From Hormiphora californensis (Eukaryota; Animalia; Ctenophora), in contig CM035352.1 of assembly GCA_020137815.1 (NCBI GenBank), forward strand, positions 6,386,001 to 6,450,000: a DNA stretch of 64,000 nucleotides. The letters run 5' to 3'. Position numbers and translations under genes: made by a program. Below, piece after piece: positions 34,581 through 46,179 of the stretch (position 1 is the first letter of the stretch; the number at the start of each line of letters is the position of its first letter). The notes beneath the pieces are model-generated. The model was not told where the DNA came from. It ran no database searches and worked only from the letters and a program-made list of their open reading frames with translations.

Positions 34581-37556
34581 TCAGACATTTACAGCACATT
34601 GAGGGGAAATATCATTGGGAAGTGATGGATAGCCTCTGACAGGGGGACGGTCATAAAAGCCTGTCAAGTAATTGCCCAGGGATGATTTGAATTGACCTAA
34701 GCTTCCGCAAGAGTTAACGGCCGCTGGCAACCTGTTCCACAGGTGAGCAGCTCTCGGTCCGAAGGAAGAATGGTACTGATTCGCTCTCCAGGTCTCAGCC
34801 CGATAAGGAAACACTGGTGGGACTAACCTCATACCCAGCCTTGCACTGTGTTGGAACACAAGATTTGCAGAATTCGGAACAAACCCATGGATCGTCTTCC
34901 ACACATGTATCAACATGTAACGTTGTCTCCTACGTTGAAGAGACATCAGGTTGAGAACTTTTAATCTCTCCCAATAGTCGAGATTCTGCATTCCATCAAG
35001 TCTTCTAGTAAAACACCGTTGGACGTTCTCAATTGACTTTATGTCCCCAGACTTTGACGGATCCCAGACCAGACAACAATACTCCAAAATTGGTCTGACC
35101 AGTGATTTGAAGAGTTGCAACATTACCTCTGGTGAACGATCTCGAAAAACACTGAAAATCCACCCAGATAGGAGAGAGGCTCTCCTCACAATGGTGGCAA
35201 TGTGCTTAGACCAAGAACCATCCGAGGACATCTGGACACCCAAGTCACGGACATCAGCTTCAGGAAACAGTTGTACTCCAGATTTTGTGGTATACGAACA
35301 TATGTCAACTGAAAAAGGGAATTCCTTGTAGATTGCCGACTTGTTCAGTCTGTAACTCAGGAGTTGAAATTTCTGATCATGTAGCACCATATTGTTTATC
35401 TTTGCCCATTCTGTAACCTTCAAAAGATCAGATTGTAAACCCTCCTGATCAACAATATCTGTTATGGCTTTCATTAACTTGGTATCATCCGCAAAGGTGA
35501 GACACATACTACCATCCAGTACAGATTCCAGGTCCAGTATATAAATAAGGAAGAGGAGAGGGCCCAGGACACTACCCTGCGCCACCCCGCTGAGCACCTC
35601 CACCCATGGTGACCTAACCCCATCCACCATCACACACTGCTGCCTGCCCAGGATCCACGCACTGATCCACTGATGAAGTTTTCCTCCAATCCCGTACCTT
35701 TTCAACTTAGCTAGCAACACATTGATATCCACCGAATCAAAAGCTTTAGAAAAGTCTAAATAGAGAACATCAACTTCTCTATCTCCACAGAGTTCAGTTA
35801 GGATGTAGTCAACATGAGATAACAGTTGGGACATAGTACTACGTCCCTTTCGAAAACCGTGTTGCGTTTCACTCTGTAACTGCATCTCATCCAAATAATC
35901 AGCTATTCTCTTTCTGACTAGCCGCTCAAACACCTTCGATAGGTGACTGGTGATCGACACAGGGCGATAATTTGCCGTCGTAGACTTCGACCCTTTCTTA
36001 AAGATCGGTGTTATGAACTGCTGCTTTAAACAATTTGGAACAGCCCCATCTTCAAATGACTTGTTCCATAACATCCATATAGGATAAGACAAGCTGCTGT
36101 TACATCGTTTCAGAATGCACGAAGGAATGCAGCCCGGAGGTGAGGCCGAAAAGGGTTTAAGCTCCTCTAGTGCACTCTGGATACAATTCCGTGAAAAATC
36201 CATGGTCGTCAGGATCTCACCAAGGTCCTCAATGTTACCCGCTGCCACAGAGGGATCAATAGCCGCCGGATTGCTGAAGACGCTAGCAAACTGGTGTTGT
36301 AGTAGGTTAGCCTTCTCCAGGGGGTCCACAGTTAAGGAACCATCCGCACGCTCAAGGGGGGCAACTGATGATTTAACCTTGGAGTTCTTTTTAACGTGAG
36401 TATAAAAGTACTTGGGGTTTTCCTTGATAGCACCCACAGCCTTCCTCTCCACTTTCTTGTCCCTTGATATCAGATGGGATTTGATTTTCCCAATTAAACA
36501 ATCCATCACCGATTTCCACTTTACTGAATCGTTCTTACGTTTATCAAGTTTACGCCTCCTGCTAGTCAAATGCCTGAGCTCCTTGTCTACAAAGTCCTTT
36601 CGCATTTTCTTCACTCGGCAATGTGACTTAACCACCTTGAACACTCTATCTCGAACAGCTTCCACAAACAATGAGCCATCCTCATCACCCAGATCCTCAC
36701 ACTCAACAAGCAGTTTGTCCCAATCAGTAGCTGCAAGGTCAGCATCAATACTCACAAAGTCCGCTGAATGGAGATCCAGTTGCCGATAACCTTCCAGTTT
36801 GCCAGGCAGAAATAGACTTACTGGACCGAGAGGGTTGAAGGTGAGGTGACATGATACCCACAGATGATCTGATACACCCTCATCTGTAATGGAAATATCG
36901 CTGAAGTAGTCCGGTCTGTTGGTGAACACGAGATCTAACGTATTGTTGCCCCTGGTAGGGCCCTCTACAACCTGGGATAGAAAATTAGTGTCCATAAAGT
37001 CCGATACAACATTGTAGTTAGGCTGATCAACTGGGACTGATGACCCGTCAACCCAATTAAAGAGTGGGAGATTAAAATCACCCGATAATACCACTTCTGG
37101 TAACCCGCTCTCACTGTACTTATCGATAAATGTCTGTAAGGTGTTCATTAGTCTCTGAAAGTCCAAAACACTCGACTCTGAACGATAAACAGCAGCAAAT
37201 ATGGTGTTAATCTGGCCAACATAGACAGCTTTCATATTGTTAAACGCACTAGCAAAACATGTACTATCAGAAACAGCCAGCGACGAGTGAACATACAGAG
37301 CACAGCCTCCACCGACTCTACTCACTCTGTCACTCCTAAAAACATTATATCCCGGTATCTCAACCTGGGCATCTGAGTGATACCCTTTAAACCAGGTTTC
37401 AGTAACTGCAATGGCTACTGTAGGAGTTTTCTCATTTCTTATATAATCTCTAATAAGACCGAGTTTCCAGCACGTATCACCTGCCGGACTTAGACTCCTT
37501 GCATTAAGCAGTAATATGTTACTCGTAGTAGAAACAGTCCCTAACGATCTCTCCAT
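34581..37556 (-). CDS. CR1 ORF2p, endonuclease plus reverse transcriptase
   Basis: LLNARSL, VTETW, GDFN, LDLV, SDH; NYRPVS, QHGFR, YLDFSKAFDSV, GVAQGSVLGP, FADD, YWERL..LQRRR. The frame stays open ~105 nt upstream of the ATG. Confidence 0.95.
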   Translation of the reverse strand: MERSLGTVSTTSNILLLNARSLSPAGDTCWKLGLIRDYIRNEKTPTVAIAVTETWFKGYHSDAQVEIPGYNVFRSDRVSRVGGGCALYVHSSLAVSDSTCFASAFNNMKAVYVGQINTIFAAVYRSESSVLDFQRLMNTLQTFIDKYSESGLPEVVLSGDFNLPLFNWVDGSSVPVDQPNYNVVSDFMDTNFLSQVVEGPTRGNNTLDLVFTNRPDYFSDISITDEGVSDHLWVSCHLTFNPLGPVSLFLPGKLEGYRQLDLHSADFVSIDADLAATDWDKLLVECEDLGDEDGSLFVEAVRDRVFKVVKSHCRVKKMRKDFVDKELRHLTSRRRKLDKRKNDSVKWKSVMDCLIGKIKSHLISRDKKVERKAVGAIKENPKYFYTHVKKNSKVKSSVAPLERADGSLTVDPLEKANLLQHQFASVFSNPAAIDPSVAAGNIEDLGEILTTMDFSRNCIQSALEELKPFSASPPGCIPSCILKRCNSSLSYPIWMLWNKSFEDGAVPNCLKQQFITPIFKKGSKSTTANYRPVSITSHLSKVFERLVRKRIADYLDEMQLQSETQHGFRKGRSTMSQLLSHVDYILTELCGDREVDVLYLDFSKAFDSVDINVLLAKLKRYGIGGKLHQWISAWILGRQQCVMVDGVRSPWVEVLSGVAQGSVLGPLLFLIYILDLESVLDGSMCLTFADDTKLMKAITDIVDQEGLQSDLLKVTEWAKINNMVLHDQKFQLLSYRLNKSAIYKEFPFSVDICSYTTKSGVQLFPEADVRDLGVQMSSDGSWSKHIATIVRRASLLSGWIFSVFRDRSPEVMLQLFKSLVRPILEYCCLVWDPSKSGDIKSIENVQRCFTRRLDGMQNLDYWERLKVLNLMSLQRRRQRYMLIHVWKTIHGFVPNSANLVFQHSARLGMRLVPPVFPYRAETWRANQYHSSFGPRAAHLWNRLPAAVNSCGSLGQFKSSLGNYLTGFYDRPPVRGYPSLPNDISPQCAVNV

Positions 37557-38758
37557 TGACTTAGAGTCGGGCGTATCGTCTCTATACTCTCGAACCTCTT
37601 GTCTAGCATCTGTTTCATTCTCACTTCCATTCTCCCGAACAGTCTCTCTAAAAAAGAATCCTCATCAAATCGGGGTGGTTCACGGGTGTCATTGGAGCTA
37701 CCACTCGGATTTTGGGATCGTGGTATCTCCGTATCCCTAGCATAGTTCGTCTCAGCCCTTCCGACACCAAAAGACAGGGTTCCGTTCCGATTGAGATTGA
37801 GAGTCTCGTCCACTGCAACTCGTCGGGTGTTCTTGAGATGCTGAAAACGACAGTCCTTCTTGAGGCATTCGTGCCTGAACTGGGAAGAGCGGCAGATAGG
37901 TGGATGGTAGTATCGACACTCTTTCCCCAGCTGACAGCCGTATTTCTTCATGGACCCATGGGCGCAGTATCTCCGGCACATTGGGGGATGTGACTTCTGG
38001 CATGAAACTCCGTCGATCTTCTTCGTTCCGTAGCGGCCGTACTTGCACCGATTTTGTAGGTAGTGTTGGCACACCGGGATCGGCTTATCATCGTCTTTCT
38101 TCTTGCCCTCATCAGCCTCCTCCACACTGTTGATTTTATGACCGGGTGGCTTCTGCTGGTGTTCTGGTTTGGTGTCTCCAACCTCTGACATGAAGCTAAA
38201 CCTCCTCCTTAGGGCGTCATCCGAAGCCTCACTTGCTGCACTCTTGGGAGGGCTTGCAAACTCCCCACTGGAACCCACAAACTTTTCCAGTGTGTGTTTC
38301 TTGCAACACATGTGACAAATCCACTTGAAACCTGGAATAGAGCACAGCGGTTGCTCCTGGATTAGGGTGCAATTATGGCTCCCTGCCCCACAACTTCCAC
38401 AATTGAACCTGGATTTCTCACACCTTTTGATCACATAGTCTTTCTCGCATGCCTCACAAAATTGCGGAAATAGACTTTCAATAGCCATTATCAACCAGTC
38501 GATGAGACTGGCTTTGTCCCGGTACCGTTTTTCCTTTCCGTCATCAGTACGGGGTTTCCCCCCAAAGAAAAGCGCAGCCTCCTCCAAAACAATGTCCGTA
38601 AAACGATCAAGTGCCTTGAGATTGGTCTGGTACCTTTTAGCTGTAGGACTGTAGGCCTTCACGATCCGTTTCACCTCGTCACTACAGTCGGGGTCATCAC
38701 ATAGCTCCGACAGCACTGCTTTCTGTTTCGCTAGTATCTCGTTTGACATATCCGGCAT
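37541..38758 (-). CDS. CR1 ORF1p with a PHD-like finger and three CCCH zinc fingers
   Basis: CEAC..CGSC..HNC..WICHMC; CQHYLQNRCKYG..CQKSH, CRRY..CQLGKECRYYH, CRSSQFRHECLKKDCRFQH. Confidence 0.85.
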   Translation of the reverse strand: MPDMSNEILAKQKAVLSELCDDPDCSDEVKRIVKAYSPTAKRYQTNLKALDRFTDIVLEEAALFFGGKPRTDDGKEKRYRDKASLIDWLIMAIESLFPQFCEACEKDYVIKRCEKSRFNCGSCGAGSHNCTLIQEQPLCSIPGFKWICHMCCKKHTLEKFVGSSGEFASPPKSAASEASDDALRRRFSFMSEVGDTKPEHQQKPPGHKINSVEEADEGKKKDDDKPIPVCQHYLQNRCKYGRYGTKKIDGVSCQKSHPPMCRRYCAHGSMKKYGCQLGKECRYYHPPICRSSQFRHECLKKDCRFQHLKNTRRVAVDETLNLNRNGTLSFGVGRAETNYARDTEIPRSQNPSGSSNDTREPPRFDEDSFLERLFGRMEVRMKQMLDKRFESIETIRPTLSQWRDR

Positions 38759-38977
38759 CGTCTTCCGGGGTGGTCAGGCAGACATTTGGCTGAAACTCAA
38801 ATTAATTTGTTTAAAGTAGTGTTGAAAAGTTTATCCCTTATTTATCTCTTCAGAGCCCGAAACGTGAAAACACTTAGTACATTTATTTGATCCAAGTTTG
38901 ACAAATTCAATCTTTTCCTGCAACTTAAATGCTTTTAGGGAGCACCTAAACCACTCAGGCAAGATAGATGCTTTTAA

Positions 38978-41225
38978 CCCTTTGACGGCGACAGAGCATA
39001 TATGCTACAGTCTATTCTAGGCGGCCTGGAAGTCCTTATGTTTTATCTAGGTGGTCCATATTTTGTCACAAGCTAGTTTTAGGGATTATGAACCTAAAAC
39101 CACGTCCAGATCAGCTCAGAAAATCAAGAAAAAAATTTATAACCCTTCTAAGGAGGCTAATTTCAGCCTTTTTTTAAAAACATTTCTCATTTTTTTGTTT
39201 TTTGGGGGCACAACTAATCCTTTGAAGGAATAAAAGTGCTTGACATAACCTACCGAATGCAAAAAACCGCATCAAAAAATATTGAAAATTGAATGAGTTA
39301 TTAACATTTTAGTCGCCGTATCATATATGATACTATCGCCCGTAAGGGAATTCTAGTAACAAATCTAAATTGTACAAGTTTGTGGGTGCTATGGCATAAA
39401 TTTATGCTTTCATGAGGTTTGTAGCTACAAGTTCTACAATCGTGAACGGTTTTTACCTGGAAAAGAACCCAAATTAGAGATTTGTATCATATATGATACT
39501 ATCGTCCTAAGGGTAAATTCTCCTAAAACATCCATAATTCGGGCCAGAAAAGGAGCTAAGAGACAAATCAGGGCACTAAAATGTGTAGAATCATCGCATT
39601 AGTGGGGGTAGAGCACATATTTAGGTCGCTATCTGGATCCCTAATTGAGATAATTGGATAATTAGCCAATTATCTGTCCCGCGCGTGCTAATAAATGAAT
39701 CTTTGCTCTGGGAAGGAGTTATGAGACAAATGGGGGCACTGAAATGTGTAGAATCATCACATTAGTGGGGGTATAGCACATATTTAGGTCGCTATCTGGA
39801 TCCATAATTGAGATAATTGGATAATTAGCTAATTACTTGCCCTGGAGCGCTAATAAACGAGACTTTACAGAGTATACAAGACAAGTGGGGGCACTAAAAT
39901 GTGTAAAATCATCGCCTTAGTGGGGATAGAGCACATAGCTGAGTTTCTATTCCCACTCCCAAATGAGATAATTGGATAATTAGCTAATTGACGGTTGCAC
40001 ACCGTCCACTTTTCACCAAATCTCGTGGTTTCTAGGTAATCCTGAGCTCTTTTGCTCAATCTAAGGATCTTCTGACATCCCCTAACATCCCTAAACCCCT
40101 ATAACCGTGTGTCCAAACAATAAATGTGGGAAACTGTAGTACATTAGAGGTTGAACGTGTTGTAGGAGCAATAGGATATAAAAAATTCTTTAGGATTGTA
40201 GTTGGATCTTGGATGTATGAGAGGTTCAAGATGGAGCCTAGGATTCTAGAGAGCTGAAGACAGTATCTAGGGTTGAATCGAGTGCTATACTATTGTGTAA
40301 AACGAGTCAAAGGTGATACAAATGGGGTTAGGGGATGTCAGAAGATCCTTAGATTGAGCAAAAGAGCTCAGGATTACCTAGAAACCACGAGATTTGGTGA
40401 AAAGTGGACGGTGTGCAACCGTCAATTAGCTAATTATCCAATTATCTCATTTGGGAGTGGGAATAGAAACTCAGCTATGTGCTCTATCCCCACTAAGGCG
40501 ATGATTTTACACATTTTAGTGCCCCCACTTGTCTTGTATACTCCGTAAAGTTTCATTTATTAGCGCTCCAGGGCAAGTAATTAGCTAATTATCCAATTAT
40601 CTCAATTATGGATCCAGATAGCGACCTAAATATGTGCTCTACCCCCACTAATGTGATGATTCTACACATTTTAGTGCCCCCGTGTGTCTCATAACTCCTT
40701 TCCAGAGCAAAGTTTCATTTATTAGCACGCATGGGATAGATAATTAGCTAATTAACCAATTATCTCAATTAGGGATCCAGATAGCGACCTAAATATGTGC
40801 TCTACCCCCACTAATGCGATGATTCTACACATTTTAGTGCCTTGATTTGTCTCTTAGCTCCTTTTCTAGCCCGAATTATGGATGTTTTAGGAGAATTTAC
40901 CCTTAGGACGATAGTATCATATATGATACAAATATCTAATTTGGGTACTTTTCCTGGTAAAAACCGTTCACGATTGTAGAACTTGTAGCTACAAACCTCA
41001 TGAAAGCATAAATTTATGCCATAGCACCCACAAACTTGTACAATTTAGATTTGTTACTAGAATTCCCTTACGGACGATAGTATCATATATGCTACAGTGG
41101 GCCCAGCAAAAACTACATGTCGGAATTACAAATTTCCTTTTCGAGGCGTTTTGTGTTGATAATATCTACTTATAAACGAAAAATTAGACAATTCTATCGA
41201 GCCAATCCTTCTCGCCGTCAAAGGG
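38978..41225. mobile_element. Non-autonomous piggyBac element with long internal inverted repeats
   Basis: TTAA-CCCTTTGACGGCGA ... TCGCCGTCAAAGGG-TTAA; internal arms ~39318-40086 and ~40326-41095, each with about three ~157-bp sub-repeats; no transposase. Confidence 0.9.
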
Positions 41226-41237
41226 TTAAGGTGGAAA

Positions 41238-41463
41238 TAAAGTCGGATTTTTTGAAACTGTCACCCCCCTGGGTATTTTCAAATTTCGTAAATGACCATA
41301 AATCCGGTTCCTGACGAGATAGAGACTTGAAATTTGGAGGTTACAAAGATCTTGCTAAGTTCTTCCGAACCTCCAAATTTCAAGTCTCTATCTCATCAGG
41401 AACCGGAGATATGGCAAATTTTGTTATTTCAGGGGGGTGACAGTTTCAAAAAATCCGACTTTA
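41238..41463. mobile_element. Hairpin MITE
   Basis: TIR TAAAGTCGGATTTTTTGAAACTGTCACCCCC plus internal palindrome; shares the TAAAGTCG terminus with the 33697 element. Confidence 0.8.
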
Positions 41464-42351
41464 GGGAGCCCTCAGCCCTTAAATCAAAAGTTTTGAAAAA
41501 CGCTTGTCAGCGCCATCTTAAAAATCTGAACTGAAACCCAAATTTACTTCCTTTGCGCGGCGTTATCGGCAGACATAAACTGTATTTTGTCGCGCGTTAC
41601 GTGACGCGCTCCTTTATGCACAGAATCCGGGCCGAACGCGTTTTGTCCGATCGAGCGAGATTTTTTTTTAAATCGAGACGAACTTTTTCAAAATCTTGCC
41701 TTGAAAAGCGCTGCCTTATCCCGCACTATCGGGGGCCAGCAACGTTTGCCAAAATCTTGCCCGCCTTCAACTTTTCTGATGTACTTTGGACCCCCTAGCG
41801 ACTGTAATCTACAACACTGGTCTACATAATGCATACTTGCGCTTGATACTTGGGTCGAAAAAAAGTGGACAGTAGTAGGTGGACAGTGGTACTAGGGAAA
41901 TGGATGACGAGATTTCCGGATCGCCCACCGGTTCTCGGATACCCAAAACAAAACAACAATTCAATCTTGGACTGGATACGGATCGTTTCCAGGGAGGGGG
42001 AGGCTCTGTGAGGAACTGACACCTGTGTAGTTTGTACACGAAGAAGATTACAAGATTACAAGATTACAAGTACCACAGTGCCAAGGCACGCGATTCACGA
42101 ATAGCCGGAAATTCGTGAGACCAATCCAATATTTCGGTTGGGGTTAGCGCTTGAGGAAGTTTATCTTTGGATTAGCCCCAAACGGTGGTTTGGCGGTTAG
42201 AGCCATTTTGGTACATGGTACTGGCAGCGCTCACCTGGTAGGTATCGAAACGGCGCCCCGCGCCCTACACGGAAAATGGAAATGCCAAAGCTACCCAAAT
42301 CCGTGCATTCCTTCTACTTGGCCTTGTTTATAGTAACCCATCCGTGTAGCA

Positions 42352-44907
42352 ATGTTTTCTAAACTGGGGACCTACATAACTGCCTGTCGTTATGAAACCT
42401 TCACAATCAGCCTGTTTCCCGCTCTCCTAGCGTACATCTTGACAGAAGATGTAAAGGGAAACACAACTGCTACATTTTCATTCGTCCTCACTGCTGTTCT
42501 GGTTCTTCACGCTGGAGCGAACCTGTGTAACACTTATTTTGATTACAAAGACAAGGTAATTTACAAGTCCACTTTTCTACTAAAATATGAATTCGATTTT
42601 TTATGTTGTTTTCTTCTTCTAGATGATACAAGATGTTCCTCTCAGGTTGATACAAAGGAACACAATAATGACCCTACCTTGGTTGAGAAGATTCTAACGG
42701 AAGATGAAGTTATAAACGCAGGATGGGTCTGTTTTGCCTTCTCCATGATGTTCTTCGGTAGCGGGGTGGTCTTCATGGGACGAGCCCACTTGATCCCCTA
42801 CATTCTCTTCTTCAAGGGCATGTTTGTGGGTTACAACTACAGCTCAGGCATGAGGTTCAAACACAATGCCCTGGGGGAGTTAGTGGTTTATTCCATATTT
42901 GGACCTACCATATCAGTTTTTGTGAGTTCGTGTCTTAATAAAGGCATGTTTTCATGGTTGGCTTTTGTAGCGGCCAGCCCCTTTGGACTTCTCGCCGCTG
43001 CGGTTCTCCTTTCAAACAACATCAGAGATGCAGGTTAGTGGTGTATTGTAGTAGTGGAAGAATTTTAATAAGGGAAGTAGGATTGGTGGTGTATCTAACT
43101 ATATCTAATGCAAATTTGCACGGAAATGTGACACCCTATCGTCAATGTGACGACGTGATCCGTCAATGTGACGACGTGATCCGTCAGTGTGACGACGTGA
43201 TCCGTCAGTGTGACGACGTGATCCGTCAGTGTGACGACGTGATTCGTAGGTATCACGTATCACAAGTGCTTGAGAACTGCTTGCGAACTTGAGGGGTCAC
43301 ATCACATACATAAAAGGGAGAGAAAGAGAGAAAGAGAGAAAGAAAAAGAGAGGGATCACATCACAAGGTAGCTCGCTTAGCTACCTGGTCTATCACTAGG
43401 ACTTTGTGGGAGAGAGAGAGAGAGACAGAAAGATAGAGATAGAGGTACATAGCGACAGACAGACAGAGTGAGGCAGAGAGGAAAAGATAGAAACAGGTCC
43501 CTCGATTTGCGATCGGTACGATCGCCCCAGTTTTGCTAGTAAACTATAATGTAGAAGTATTTTATTAGTTGGAAAGGATGCATCATGCAGGATTGGCTTG
43601 GTTTGGTTCAACTGTACATTATACATGATCCCCCCTACATGATACATCTCACTGCACCCCGAAGGCATCTGGCTCAAGTGGTACTGTTATATCCGTCTGT
43701 CGTCGGTGTCATTGTCTTTCGAGTAACACTAATTTGTCTTTGTAGTGTTGTTAGAACACTGCCCACCGTTTGTGTAACAAATTGGGATTATTGAGTGACG
43801 CTGTCTCACTATTGTGATGCAGCAATGATCTAGACGTCCTCATGTTGCAGGCAATGATAAGGAAAGGCAACCTGTAGTTTATATGTTACGTATTTGTGAT
43901 CTCAACAGTCCCCCTGCCCACGCAAATTATTCATAGAGATATCTGTAGGAATAGTTCTAAGGGATGCACGTTAGTGGTATATCAGTCAAATTCTCTCGGG
44001 AAGAGTTTTATGAACGGTAAATCGACTGTTGTTGTTGTTAGTACATAAAGTAGGAAGGACGGGTGCAGGTGTAGACTAATAGTTTATACACTGGTGTTTG
44101 ATCAAGATCAATTAAATATTTTCTTCCGCAATTTACTGGTACTGGGTGTGGGCCATGTAGTCAATACTAACTGTACTGGGTGTGGTGACACTGTGGAGTC
44201 TATACTAACTGAGATGGGAACTGTCACATCCGTATACAACATTGTACACTCACACATACACGTGACAGAGTTCGCATTTGTCTATTGTACAATGTACAAC
44301 TAACCTATTTCTAAGAGATTGAAGAAATTTTGGTTAAAAACTAATCAATATCAAATATATTTATTAATCTGAAGTGTGTTATCACGGCATATTCATTGCA
44401 GGGAACGATTTGAAATGTGGAGTTCATACGCTAGCTAACAGACTTGGATTAAAGAAGTCGCTTAATGTATACGCCGGACTCCTCATTCTACCCTATCTCC
44501 AGGTATGTCGCGCTGGCAAACACATGTGCTTTCACTGATTATGATGAATCCCCTTTAATCGATCTCCCTCTAACCTTGGTGGTACCCACCTGTTACTTTC
44601 CGATCCGCGATCCGATCCGACGAGGCTGGCACAGCTTCTTGCGAGAGAGGTTACAAGTATCTACCAACCTCTAACCCTAAATAAACTACTAATTCCTCTA
44701 CAGGTGACTGGTATAGTGTTGATGTGGGAGCAGTACTATCCCCTGCTGTATCTCTGGGTCGTGGCCCCCTTCTCTCTCTTCTGTGCTGTCCGGCCACACC
44801 GACAGGATACTACAACGGCCATTGCCGAGATGTTCTCCCTTACCCTGAGTCACTATCATCTTGTGGGAGCGGTTTATCTTACACTGTGGACTTATTGTAT
44901 GCAGTAG
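42352..44907 (+). CDS. UBIAD1: UbiA prenyltransferase domain-containing protein 1 (UBIAD1/MenA-like), 4 exons
   Basis: Exons 42352-42555, 42646-43033, 44402-44502, 44704-44907. Motifs HAGANLCNTYFDY..VD....DPTLV, YS..FKHNALGEL, LLSNNIRD..ND...GVHTLA..LG; multiple TM segments. Confidence 0.9.
43094..43399 (+). mobile_element. Mini non-autonomous Helitron with internal 21-bp minisatellite (UBIAD1 intron 2)
   Basis: a|TCTAACTATATCTAATGC 5' end; hairpin GGTAGCT-cgctt-AGCTACC (43367-43385), then CTAG; five copies of cgtca(a/g)tgtgacgacgtgat. Followed by G rather than the usual T. Confidence 0.6.
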
Positions 44908-45155
44908 AACACCTTCATACAGGGTGGATTGTATGCAATAGGGCTCACCTCAGGGTGGATTATTTAAAAAATGTTTAATTTTGAGGTTTATCACATGTTT
45001 ATGGGATTGAAGAATTTAATTTTGAGCACACTTATAAATGTAATTTATATCCGACAATCGACTGATTTCAAAGTTGAGTTTCTTTTTTGTATCCCTGTCA
45101 AGTATTTCCCAACTCTAATACAAATGTTAACCACTAACCGCTAAAATGTTAGGCC

Positions 45156-46085
45156 ATGAAGGTTACAATTCCTGAGATCGCATGGCACAACCGGGACCCA
45201 GTGTTCAGTGCAGATTTCTCTCCCGCTACAGGGCAATCTTGGCGCATGGCAACCGCTGGGGCAGATGCAGATGTCAAGGTAAACGTGGGACGAATTGGTT
45301 TACTAAACCATCCAGGATAAACTGCAGGCCTAAGTTAGGCCATACTGGATGATTGATATCCTGGTTGAGACCAGGAGAGTGGTTAAGACCAGGAAGAGAT
45401 GGGTTTAGTAGTAAAAACTGCAACTCTGTTTCTAGATGTGGCGTGTGGTACCTCAGAGGGACGGGAAAGATGCCGAAGTGACATTTCTAGCTAATCTCAA
45501 GAGACACGAGAAAACAGTTAATTGTGTCCGGTTCTCACCCAATGGGAAATACCTCGCTTCAAGTGGAGATGGTAAGATGGGAAAGGAAGTGGTTAATATA
45601 TCCACTGGTTAACTGGGTGACTACTGACTACCATACCCCCACCATTATACCATGATCATAGTTTGTTATATATACTATGGTGAACTACTTACTATAACAG
45701 TTAACCTAAACAGGACAGTATCGCGTGAACTAAATGATCTGTGTTTACTTTTTACCATGAAGGAAACCGTCACTTTCCACAGATACCTCCTTAACCGAGT
45801 TCTGCCCGTGTATGTGTGAGATTCCCCATTAAACTGTTGTACAGAGGGCGTGTGTGTGTGTGTTGATCACCAGAAGGAGATATCAAAATTACTTCCCTTC
45901 CCACAGATGGTGCTATGTTCTTGTGGCATGAACGAAAAACAACAGGATCGGACCAGGCAATGGCAGCAACATTTGGAGATGATGATGCAGAACAAAACAA
46001 AGAAACATGGTCTGCTTTCAAAATGCTAAGGTACTTTTCTATTGTCCTTTCTTTCTTTCTTTTTCTTCCCCCCTCTCTCTCTCTC

Positions 46086-46179
<94 letters not shown>

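Larger units (their letters stand above)
34476..38950 (-). mobile_element. CR1-clade LINE, apparently full length
   Basis: ORF1, ORF2, short 3' UTR and 8-bp tandem tail (TTGTAAAC)n at ~34476-34499, typical of CR1. The 5' boundary is approximate. Confidence 0.9.

Noticed and set aside
42046-42070. (gattacaa)3 resembling a CR1 tail
   Set aside because: No adjacent RT or matching 3' UTR sequence.
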